A DNA stretch of 64,000 bases from positions 320,001 through 384,000 of the forward strand of contig CAWBKB010000007.1 in assembly GCA_963789265.1 (NCBI GenBank). The letters run 5' to 3'. Below are positions 31,996 to 40,983 of this stretch, one piece after another. Numbering within the stretch: the first letter of the stretch is position 1; every line of letters begins with the position of its first letter. The position numbers and the translations under genes are program-made. The DNA comes from an uncultured delta proteobacterium (GTDB lineage Bacteria > Desulfobacterota > Desulfomonilia > Desulfomonilales > Desulfomonilaceae). The notes beneath the pieces are model-generated. The model saw only the letters and a program-made list of their open reading frames with translations. It ran no database searches and was not told the DNA's origin.

Positions 31996-32421
31996 CTATT
32001 CACCAAGATAGGCGGCTTCAAAGAGGGTAAATGAATTAGCCACCGCTCGAACGAATTTGGCGTTGCGCATAATCTTAGACATGTCACCCTTGACCTTGAA
32101 AAGACCCCGGACGACACCTTCAATAAAATCCTTGTCCCCTTTTATGACCTCTTTGAAGTCCGGATAGGCTCCTGTCACGTAGAAACCCGGATCTAATCCC
32201 GAAGGATCCTCAACCATTCGGGATGCCGAGCATGTCCCGGCCTTCGATTCCATATAGAGATAAGTCGTTTCGTCCAGTCCTCCGCCTGGAGTAATCTCAA
32301 AGACAAAGTTTCCGTTAAAGTCTGCTCCCCAGTTTTTCCCATTCTCTTGAACCGCTTGGCTGTTGTTCATTGCGATCTTCCAAGCCTCACACCATTCTTG
32401 CGACGGATACAAAACTGCCAT
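31996..32421 (-). CDS. SCP2 sterol/lipid-binding domain protein
   Basis: YPSQEW N-terminus; G..D.IEG...G..KVKGDM..IMR C-terminus. Confidence 0.88.
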   Translation of the reverse strand: MAVLYPSQEWCEAWKIAMNNSQAVQENGKNWGADFNGNFVFEITPGGGLDETTYLYMESKAGTCSASRMVEDPSGLDPGFYVTGAYPDFKEVIKGDKDFIEGVVRGLFKVKGDMSKIMRNAKFVRAVANSFTLFEAAYLGE

Positions 32422-32468
32422 GAGTCGTCTCCTTTCTATTTATTTGCCGTAGCGCCCTGAATGAGCAG

Positions 32469-33729
32469 CTACAAAGTTTTCAGATCGTACCAGTATCTGG
32501 CGTTCTCCAGGGTCTTCAACCCTTTTCCGCCCATCCAGAGCCCCACAACCTTCTGGTCTCGCCAATGCTTTTCAATGCCAAACTCCCTGGCATAACCATA
32601 GGAGCCCATAAAATCCATGGCCCGGCTGCACGCACGCTCGACTGCGTTATTGGCATGCAGAGCAAGGCCTCTAGACTTGAGGACGAATCGATCATCCCAC
32701 GGGTCCCATCCATAAATATCCGGGCGATCCATTTCCCTGGCGTATTGCCACATCCAGGCGGAAGTTGATTCTATGAGTATGGCTATCTCCGACAGCATGT
32801 CCGCACAAATGCTGTGCTCCTTCAGCGGTTTCCCCGCGATAATTCTTTCCGTGGTCCACTTCTTGATGATTTCATAGACGTTCTTCATGATGCCAACGGC
32901 CATGGCGGCTGATCCTACGTTTCCCATGGAGATTGCCCGTTTCCAGGTACTTAAGATCATCACCCGGGCCATGCAGCCTGTATCTTTTTGGAACTCTCAC
33001 GTGATCAAACCAGATGTCGGTGTTCATGTCTGCTGACATGCCGCATTTCTGGTATGGGTTACCTACCGAAACCCCTTGGGTTTTCGCGGGAACCATGATC
33101 AGGGCAAAATCATTCGGGTCCGTAGACCCTTTCTTGGTCGTGCAGACTACTGTGTACAGATCTGCGACTTTCCCCGAATTTGTTGGCCATATTTTGTGGC
33201 CATTGACGACCCAGTGATCGCCATCAGGCGTCGCGGTCGTTTGTATTGTCTTGCCACGCATCCGGCCGATATTCTCAACATCTGATCCGCTGGAGGGCTC
33301 TGTCATGGCATGACAACCCATGTACAGTTCGTCACCGCAAAACTTTGGTCCAAACTCCATGCAAAGCTCCATATTGCGGTGCGGTTTAAGGAGCGCCGGG
33401 ACAAATCCCCAGATGGAGCAAATGCAGGCAGTGGCAAAACCAGAGTCAATTCTGGCCAACTCCTCTACGATGACGCAGCACATAGTCATTGGCTCGGGAA
33501 TGTCCGATCCTCCGGCCTCAGCGGGGAAAAATGCCCCGTTGAGCCCGAGGTCCACGAGGACTTCCTTTAGAAGGGGTTTAACGATCTTGTGTTCTTTCCA
33601 ATCCTCGTCCACCTGCCCCCTGATGGGCATATATCGCTCTTCTCCCCACTTCCTGAGAGCTTTGCCCATGTCTGACACAAAATCTGAAACCCACTCCTTC
33701 GGACGAATAAAATCGTCTATCGTAGGCAT
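32469..33729 (-). CDS. Acyl-CoA dehydrogenase (frameshift near 32945)
   Basis: EELARIDSG, AMTEPSSGSD, NGHKIWPTN and MGSYGYARE..IEKHWRD. Confidence 0.9.
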
Positions 33730-33987
33730 TATGTCCTCCTGTCCCAGGTCTCGCAAAGAAACGAGACATAGGTGGCTAGTCCCGTCGGGACGACGAGTAA
33801 AGGTTTCAATTCTGGAACTACCCTGCCTCTTGGACCGTAGATTCGCAGATAGGAAAAGAACGGTGAATACGTCGAAGTTTGTATTTTTTGAAAAACAACC
33901 GCTGTATTTATAGGTGGGCTTTCAATGTAGACGGGCCGGTTCGGCGGCTGTCGAGCAGTCGAGGTTTAGGGTGGTGATTTACCGTGT

Positions 33988-34002
33988 TGGCATTATCATT
34001 GC
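33988..34002 (+). promoter_or_regulatory. Possible sigma54 -24/-12 element
   Basis: TGGCAT-TATCA-TTGC in the long intergenic region. Confidence 0.3.
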
Positions 34003-34525
34003 GCTAACAGCCTGACGCACTCAAAGGGCCTTCGGTCAGAGGCACCACGAGATATGAAGATTGCTCCAAAGCAACCCTCATGTTAGAGCCTCGTGGCGTA
34101 GCCATCATGGTCTCGCCTCTCCCGGTGATCCGCACGCGGCTGTACGTGCAGCAAAATGACTTCAACCAGCGCCGCAATCTTATCTCAAGCGGGCGATCCT
34201 TGGGGCAGCAAGACGAACTTGCACCAGGCTGGATTTTGGAACTGCCTCCGTGCTGTGCCCCGGCGCGCAATGCCCAAAATTCAATGTGTCCTGCCATGAA
34301 TACCCCTCAGCGGGCGCGGGTCGAAACCAACTCTTGTCGTCTTTATTTTACTTGTGGCCTTTGACGTGTTATATTAGCCAAGCCAAGTCATGGCTATTAA
34401 CATAGCACACCATCGGTGATCTACTGGCGATAGGCTCCCGGTCGGCGTTCTTGCAAAAGAAGCTTCCGCGGGCTGTTCATAGCACCTCACTCGAAAAATG
34501 ACGGCCTCATGCTGAGGACCATAGG

Positions 34526-35182
34526 ATGCGGCGAACTCACCGGATTGTAGTAGCGGAAGATCATACTATAGTCAGGGAAGGGTTGCGGGCATTGCTCGGT
34601 TCGGATCCGGATTTCGAAATTGTGGGAGAGGTAGCAGACGGCTGGGAGGCCATTCAGTCTGCCGAAAACCTGGAGCCGGACATTGTATTGATGGACCTTT
34701 CCATGCCAAGAATGCATGGCATGGAGGCTATGAGAGAAATTAAGAAGCGATGTCCAAAGACAAAGATATTGGTATTGACAGTTCACGACAATGAAGAATA
34801 TGTTCTCGCCGCTCTGGAGGCAGGGGCCAATGGCTATATTTTGAAGCACGCGACCAGTGCCGAATTAGTGACGGCAATCAAGACGATTTTATCGGACAAG
34901 CAATACTTGAGTCCTGCGATTTCCGGGATAGTGATAAAGGGGTATTTGGACGCAAAGAAAAATCCCGCCCCCGAATCAACATGGGATACGCTCACCCAAC
35001 GCGAAAGAGAGATTTTGAAGCTCATAGCCGAGGGTTACAAGAACAAGGAGATTGCAAATTTCCTTTGTATCAGCATAAAAACTGCTCAAAAGCACCGCGC
35101 GAACCTCATGGAAAAGTTGAATCTTCATAACGTCGCAGGCTTGACGGCCTTTGCCATAGAAAGAGGGCTTGTCCGCAGATAG
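34526..35182 (+). CDS. NarL/LuxR family response regulator
   Basis: AEDHTIVREG, DLSMP, and LTQREREIL...HRANLMEKL. Confidence 0.95.
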   Translation: MRRTHRIVVAEDHTIVREGLRALLGSDPDFEIVGEVADGWEAIQSAENLEPDIVLMDLSMPRMHGMEAMREIKKRCPKTKILVLTVHDNEEYVLAALEAGANGYILKHATSAELVTAIKTILSDKQYLSPAISGIVIKGYLDAKKNPAPESTWDTLTQREREILKLIAEGYKNKEIANFLCISIKTAQKHRANLMEKLNLHNVAGLTAFAIERGLVRR

Positions 35183-35183
35183 A

Positions 35184-37208
35184 TCAAGTTTCACTTTCAG
35201 GCCACGAGGCCCGGACCACCGTTCCTTTCCCCCTGACCGGTTCTATGGAAAAAGATCCTCCGGAAAGTTCCGTCCGTTCTTTCATGCTAGCCAGGCCGAG
35301 TCCTTTTCTGTAATTTTGTGCAGAGCCGGATGGATTTAGATCGAATCCCGCACCGTTATCTTGGATGACCAATTCTATTCTGCCGTCCGTTTTTTGGAGA
35401 CAGAGGCGTACGGAATCAGCCTTACTGTGTTTGACGACATTGTTCAGGGCCTCCTGCAACACCCGGAAAAGAACCGTTTTCAGGCGTTCAGGCACTTGCT
35501 CTTCCGCCACCTCAATTTCTTTTTCGATATGCATGTGGGAATATATCGCCTGTAATTCCCGACAAAACCACATAATGGTGGGCAAGATTCCTAGATCATC
35601 CAGAATAGAGGGACGCAAGTCCATCGAAATTCTTTTGACCTCTTTAATGGAGTGTTGAACCAGAGGGATGATAGATTCCAATGACTCTATAGGGCTTACA
35701 ATCATGCCGTCATACATTTGTTTGAGTGTATTCTCCAACTTAAATTTGAAACCTGACAGGATTTGCCCAATTCCATCGTGCAGTTCTTGAGCGACTCGCT
35801 TTCTCTCCCTTTCCTGGGCTGTTAGCAACTGGGCAGAGAGCAATCGCAGTTGCTGTTCCGATTTTGCCAGCGCCTCCTCGGTGCGCTTGCGCTCGGTGAT
35901 GTCTAGACCTAGTCCCACAAGATATGTTTTACCAGCCAATTTTACGCGAACCCCTGAAAAGAAGTAAGGGATGCCTTTGCCGTCTTTTGTGAGGAGATTC
36001 GCATCAGCAAACGCTTTGCCATTAATTAAAATCTGTTCAACCTTCTGAGCCACAAGTTTTTTGTTCTCGGCGGCGATGAAATCAAGCTCTTTCATTGCTG
36101 ACAACTCTTGGGGCAAATACCCAGTGATTTCTTCAAAAGGTCTGTTCCACCTAATGAGACGGCCCTCCAGGTCGAAAAGGTAAAAAACACCTGGCAGACT
36201 ATTTATGACCGCATCGGTAAAATCTTTTTCTTTTAGGAGTCTTTCTTCTATTCGCTTACGCTCGACGATCTCCAGCAGGAGCTGTTCATTTGCTCTCTCC
36301 AGCATCTCAGTGCGCTCTTCTACCGTTCTCTCGAGGTGCTGGCGGTGGCTTCTCAACTCATCTTCGATTTGCCTACGCCTGGTGATGTCGCGTCCAATAC
36401 CCCGAAAACCAGTTTTAAGGCCCTGCGGACCCCTTATTGGGGACACGGATAGCTCAATACACCTTTTCGCTCCATCCTTTCTAATAATTTCCCAACGAGT
36501 TGCCGGCACCGGCTTCCCGGTTTTATAGACCTCATTGAAGGTGCGGTAGGCTTGTGCGGCGTAATCCTTGTCAGTAAATTCCGCATAATTCTTGCCCATC
36601 AGGTCGTCTTCATCATACCCGACAATTTCGCACAGCGATTTATTGAAGAACTTGAGATTTCCGTCAAGGTCCACCTCGTAATATCCATCTTCAATGCTTT
36701 CAACAATCATTCGGTATCTTTCTTCCGATTCTCGCAGGGCCTCCTCGACACGTTCGAGTTCAGTCACGTCAAGCAGATTGCCGACATTTGCAGGCTTCCC
36801 CATGTAAGTGGCGTGACCTCCTCCTATGTCAACCCGGATGGTTGAGCCGTCCTTTTTGAGTAGCCGAAAAGCGTAGCGTGTTGGGTGAACCTCGGCCTTT
36901 TCACGTGCTAGGCCTCTCCGCTTTACTAAGGCTCTGTCGTCAGGATGAACCAACTCCCAGAACGGCCGCCCCAGGATTTCCTCAGCTCGGCTATAGCCTG
37001 TAATTTCCAAGAAGCGTGGGTTCACGTACTTGAACCGCCCCTTTTGGATTATATAGATCCCCGCCAGCGAGTTCTCGATCGGTATACGGTACTTTTCCTC
37101 CGACTGCCGGAGCGCGGCTTCGAGCTTCTTCAGGTCGGCAGTCTCTTTTTCTAACTCTCTGACCCTTCGTTCCAATTCCTCGTAGGATGGCTTCTTCTTC
37201 ACGAGCAT
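35184..37208 (-). CDS. Multi-PAS HisKA_3 sensor histidine kinase
   Basis: Three PAS/PAC blocks; ERERKRVAQELHDGIGQ, QEALNNVVKH, DNGAGF and GLGL. Confidence 0.95.
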   Translation of the reverse strand: MLVKKKPSYEELERRVRELEKETADLKKLEAALRQSEEKYRIPIENSLAGIYIIQKGRFKYVNPRFLEITGYSRAEEILGRPFWELVHPDDRALVKRRGLAREKAEVHPTRYAFRLLKKDGSTIRVDIGGGHATYMGKPANVGNLLDVTELERVEEALRESEERYRMIVESIEDGYYEVDLDGNLKFFNKSLCEIVGYDEDDLMGKNYAEFTDKDYAAQAYRTFNEVYKTGKPVPATRWEIIRKDGAKRCIELSVSPIRGPQGLKTGFRGIGRDITRRRQIEDELRSHRQHLERTVEERTEMLERANEQLLLEIVERKRIEERLLKEKDFTDAVINSLPGVFYLFDLEGRLIRWNRPFEEITGYLPQELSAMKELDFIAAENKKLVAQKVEQILINGKAFADANLLTKDGKGIPYFFSGVRVKLAGKTYLVGLGLDITERKRTEEALAKSEQQLRLLSAQLLTAQERERKRVAQELHDGIGQILSGFKFKLENTLKQMYDGMIVSPIESLESIIPLVQHSIKEVKRISMDLRPSILDDLGILPTIMWFCRELQAIYSHMHIEKEIEVAEEQVPERLKTVLFRVLQEALNNVVKHSKADSVRLCLQKTDGRIELVIQDNGAGFDLNPSGSAQNYRKGLGLASMKERTELSGGSFSIEPVRGKGTVVRASWPESET

Positions 37209-37494
37209 CCCTCCAAATCATTCTCGTAACCCATTGGTTCAACTAGCTTCTCACTTCGTTGGCCCTGCTTTATGCCGATGTCAAACAGAGCGCTTGCCTG
37301 TAAGCCGAACCCTCACTTCCATTTATAACGCTGTGGAACAAGACAGACAAATATATTGATTTTGTAATCGTCTACCCCAATCCCTCCGTTCTTCATACGG
37401 GCGCGGAACCCGTTCCAGAGGATTGCATCTATTTGTTCTTCCGGCGGGCTTGATAGGCTAGTCGGTGCCATTTATCTTCTGTCTCAGGGCAGGA

Positions 37495-38483
37495 GCCCTA
37501 CTTAGCACACATAACGGAAGAGATCCGACAAGCTGAGGTCTACGGGGGTCAGGCCAAAGAGGAAATTTATGCAGGCCGCAACAAAGTACCCGAACGAGTG
37601 TGAGAGAGCTTCTCTAGACAAGGACGCCTGGTGTCAGAAGAGAATCATGCTATTCATTGGAGATCTCACCTTAGAAAACGTTCACAGGGGAACCTTGAGG
37701 CCCTACATTGAACACGGTCGAAGACAGGGATGGAAGAGCAGGACCGTCAACATGCCGCTCGAAGTTGGCAGACACATTCTCAATCTGGCTGCGGGTGAGT
37801 GGCTCGACGAGAATGGTCTGACGTGGTTACAGTCAGCCCCGAAGATTCGGCTGCTCTCAAGATCTGACGCTCGGGAACCATACCCGCTTTCCTGGGATGA
37901 GCAGGAGAAACTCTTTGCTGCTCTTCCTGAGCATCTGAGGATGATGTGTTTCTTCGCAGTGAACACCGGCCTCAGGAACAAAGAAGTCTGTGGGCTGCGA
38001 TGGGATGATGAAATCGAGATCCCGGAGTTGGAAACCAGCGTGTTCATCGTTCCCAAGGAGCGGGTCAAGAATCGGGAAGATCGCCTCGTGGTGCTCAACC
38101 GAGTGGCCAAAGCAGTTGTGGAGCGACTCCGCGATGATCATCCTGTGTGGGTGTTCACCTACAAAGGATCTCCGATGCAGAGCATGTACACGACTGCTTG
38201 GAGAGAAGCGCGGGAGAAAGTGGGACTGCCCTTCGTGCGAATCCACGACCTCAAACACACTTACGGGCGGAGGCTTCGGTCAGCCGGGGTGTCTTTCGAG
38301 GATCGTCAGGATCTGCTCGGGCACAAGTCGGGGAGGATCACGACGCATTATTCCGCACCCGAGTTGATCAACCTTATACAAGCTTCGGAGCGGGTTTGCA
38401 GCCGCAATGGGTCCAAATTGGGTACAGGCGTTACACTGAGACGAAAAATCCCGCTGCGGCTTGTTTCTAACCGGGCGGGATGA
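37495..38483 (+). pseudogene. Tyrosine recombinase/integrase, 5'-truncated
   Basis: NTGLR, HDLKH, LLGH and THY motifs; the upstream off-frame YLAHITEEIRQAEVYG shows the gene once extended further 5'. Confidence 0.88.
38444..38481 (-). terminator. Intrinsic terminator for tRNA-Asn, inside the integrase 3' end
   Basis: Minus strand atcccgc...gcgggat followed by a T-run. Confidence 0.65.
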
Positions 38484-38494
38484 TTTATCTTTTC

Positions 38495-38570
38495 TGGCTC
38501 CCCGAGTAGGACTCGAACCTACAACCTAGTGGTTAACGGCCACCCGCTCTGCCAATTGAGCTATCGGGGA
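38495..38570 (-). tRNA. tRNA-Asn (GTT), 76 nt with encoded CCA; position 33 is C
   Basis: tccccgatagctcaattggcagagcgggtggccGTTaaccactaggttgtaggttcgagtcctactcggggagcca folds as a cloverleaf. Confidence 0.95.
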
Positions 38571-38737
38571 ACTTAACGCCCACTGTGACAGTGATGTCAC
38601 GCGACCAGAAAATAATTTTGGATTATTCCTGCGGCCATGTCAATGCCGAAATTCGGGAAACCGTAGTGATCAAAGTTTTACAGAGCCACTAGCTGCTGGG
38701 GACAGTTCGGTGCAACCTCAATCCGCCCCCCTCCCTT

Positions 38738-39277
38738 TCACTCCGATGCTGTGGACACCCATCGGCGCAGTGCCGGGAGTTCGCTGGCCTCCCATTCGTC
38801 CGAAATCCTTAGTTTCAGGAAGTACTCTAACAGGTCGTCCACTATCTCCATACCTTCTTCGATAAGATATGCCTTTTCCAGGAAAGATCCCTCCACATCG
38901 TCGTCACCCTCCCCTTCACCCGTAGGGAGTATAGGCGGAGTCCTGAAGGAACCGAAACTGAACCAGGTTCCTTTGAGCATCATGGTGAAATCATTGTCGG
39001 TCGCTCTGATCGAGATTCGGGCCTCTTCGATCTTCTTCCCCTCCTTCAGGGCAGCAAGACCCTCGCGCAACTCTGACTGCTCACCCTTGAGGGTCACAGT
39101 CTGGGGGGTATCGACATCCGACAGGTCGAGCGTCATGCGGTCGAGGAAGAGAACCTCCGCGACCTTCTTGCCGGGAATCTCTATTCGACCGCCGGTCTGA
39201 TCGGATTTAAACCAGAGCCACGTGAGAAATTCCCGTCCAAGAAATGCCTTTTCACGAAGTATGTCCAGGAAGTCCAT
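38738..39277 (-). CDS. Conserved protein paired with the RdgC-like gene
   Basis: FLGREFLTWLWF and ALKEGKK motifs. Confidence 0.8.
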   Translation of the reverse strand: MDFLDILREKAFLGREFLTWLWFKSDQTGGRIEIPGKKVAEVLFLDRMTLDLSDVDTPQTVTLKGEQSELREGLAALKEGKKIEEARISIRATDNDFTMMLKGTWFSFGSFRTPPILPTGEGEGDDDVEGSFLEKAYLIEEGMEIVDDLLEYFLKLRISDEWEASELPALRRWVSTASE

Positions 39278-39339
39278 GAATGCCAATTCCTTATATTTTA
39301 TGTCAGGTCGCGGAAGTTCGCTAACGACAGCCTACCACT

Positions 39340-39951
39340 TCAAGGGACCATTGAACACGGCTTGAGCTGCTCGAGGAGACGCTTTTCCGGCTTATCTTCG
39401 AACATTTCTTCTGCACGAATATAAGCGAGGAGCGGCACCAGTGCCAGCCCGAAACATTTCTTGAAATGTGCTTCCGTGCGCTCTCTGGCCTTCACGGAAT
39501 GGCTTCCGAAGTAGACCGCGGCCTTTGCAGTATCCCAGATCAGATCGTAAATTTGGATGGAGGGGAATACTTGTTGTTTGAGTGATTCCTTGAGATGCTC
39601 TTTGAGTTCTCTTCGCTGAGCCGAAGAAAGGCGTCGCTGCCCGGTCTCTTCAAGCTTCTTGCGGCTTTCCTTCTTAAGTTGAATCTCGAGTATGCGTGGT
39701 GGGACCCGCACTGTGTCAATGCGAAGACTCAGCGCGACATAATTGCCGCGGACATAAGAAGTCCCGGCGAACTGGCTGTCCGTGAAGTCATCAATGGAAA
39801 CCCACCCCATGCCTACTTCGTCACCCGAAGTCTGGACCTCCTGGAACGCGCCTCTCCTTATGCCCGCGTCCAACGTCTCCCAAAAAGATCCTTCCATCTC
39901 TCCTCGAACCCGGTACCTGATCATGGATACGGCACGTGATGCAAACCCCAT
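39340..39951 (-). CDS. rdgC: RdgC-like recombination-associated protein (short form)
   Basis: GWVS...LSLRIDT.RVPP..L...K.ELKE....L...P motif pattern. Confidence 0.72.
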   Translation of the reverse strand: MGFASRAVSMIRYRVRGEMEGSFWETLDAGIRRGAFQEVQTSGDEVGMGWVSIDDFTDSQFAGTSYVRGNYVALSLRIDTVRVPPRILEIQLKKESRKKLEETGQRRLSSAQRRELKEHLKESLKQQVFPSIQIYDLIWDTAKAAVYFGSHSVKARERTEAHFKKCFGLALVPLLAYIRAEEMFEDKPEKRLLEQLKPCSMVP

Positions 39952-40074
39952 AAAATGCTCCCACGGTCAAATTGCGTGACCCAAGAGATTAGACGAAAAA
40001 ACATGGTGGGGCAAGTCGTGGTTCGATGGTATCAGTTTTTCAATGAGCTATTCTATCAATTAGGAGGTGGCAAC

Positions 40075-40293
40075 ATGTCCGTGATCAAAATTATCGAGTT
40101 GGTGGGCGAATCAGCCCTTGGATGGGAAGACGCCATGAAACAGGTCATCTCGGAAGCGCAAAAGACACTGCGGGGCATCACCCGCACCGGCGTGCTGGAG
40201 CAGGATGTCAGGATGATCAACGATCAGATCGATGTGTGGCGGGTCAGGGCGCAGGTATCTTTCAGGGTTGAACGGCCGGATCTGGAGCTTTGA
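40075..40293 (+). CDS. Dodecin family protein
   Basis: MSVIKIIELVGES...WEDA...A.KTLRGI...SF; AGGAGG RBS. Confidence 0.9.
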   Translation: MSVIKIIELVGESALGWEDAMKQVISEAQKTLRGITRTGVLEQDVRMINDQIDVWRVRAQVSFRVERPDLEL

Positions 40294-40297
40294 GAGT

Positions 40298-40951
40298 TCA
40301 AGCCGGCTCAAAAGGGAAGGCGTCCAAGAAAAGCCCAATTTCGCGAACCAGTGCCTCTTCCCCGCCCACATGAAAATGGTCCGCTCCAGGAAGGATAACC
40401 CCCTTTTTCGGCTCCGGGATTCGATCTACAAGCTCTTCAAAACGCTCTACCGGGCAGACAAAATCCCTGTCGCCCGCGAGGAGAAGCTTGGGACGAAGCT
40501 CATTCGCGAGGAAACCAAAATCATAGGAATCCAGGGGTGGAGAAATGCCGATCAGCCTTTTGGGCCTAGCGTCGCGAGATGCGGCCTTCAAACCTACCCA
40601 GCAACCAAACGAGTAACCTGCAACGATCAGTCTTTGCGAGTTCACTTCTTTCAGGGCTTGAACAAAGTCTATCGCCGCCAGCACATCGTCGATCTCGTCA
40701 ATTCCGTTGCCGTGAGTTCCCCAACTTCGGCCCGTACCTCTAAAGTTGAATCGCAAGCAGATCACGCCACGCTCATTTAGACCGGTCCTGAGGGCTCTGA
40801 TCACGTTGTTGTGCATGCTGCCGCCGAAAAGCGGATGCGGATGGCAAAGTACGGCAGCCGCGGCCGGGTTTTCCGCGGGGTCAGGCATCTCCAGGACACC
40901 TTCAAGCGTGAGAGTGCCGCAGGGAACAGATACATCTTGTCTAAGGTTCAT
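40298..40951 (-). CDS. Alpha/beta-fold hydrolase
   Basis: CHPHPLFGGSMHN, RFNFRG, GYSFG and ADHF. Confidence 0.9.
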   Translation of the reverse strand: MNLRQDVSVPCGTLTLEGVLEMPDPAENPAAAAVLCHPHPLFGGSMHNNVIRALRTGLNERGVICLRFNFRGTGRSWGTHGNGIDEIDDVLAAIDFVQALKEVNSQRLIVAGYSFGCWVGLKAASRDARPKRLIGISPPLDSYDFGFLANELRPKLLLAGDRDFVCPVERFEELVDRIPEPKKGVILPGADHFHVGGEEALVREIGLFLDAFPFEPA

Positions 40952-40983
40952 GGATTGTCCTCGACCACATCCCATCGGCCGCA

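Larger units (their letters stand above)
11269..38537. mobile_element. ~27 kb genomic island integrated at tRNA-Asn
   Basis: Bounded by 43-bp direct repeats of the tRNA 3' half; integrase lies next to the tRNA. Confidence 0.88.

Noticed and set aside
3289..33729. Programmed frameshifting or phase variation as the cause of the split genes
   Set aside because: No consistent slippery heptamers or long tracts; scattered single indels fit sequencing error better.
34004..34364. ORFs between the acyl-CoA dehydrogenase and the response regulator
   Set aside because: No recognisable protein features.
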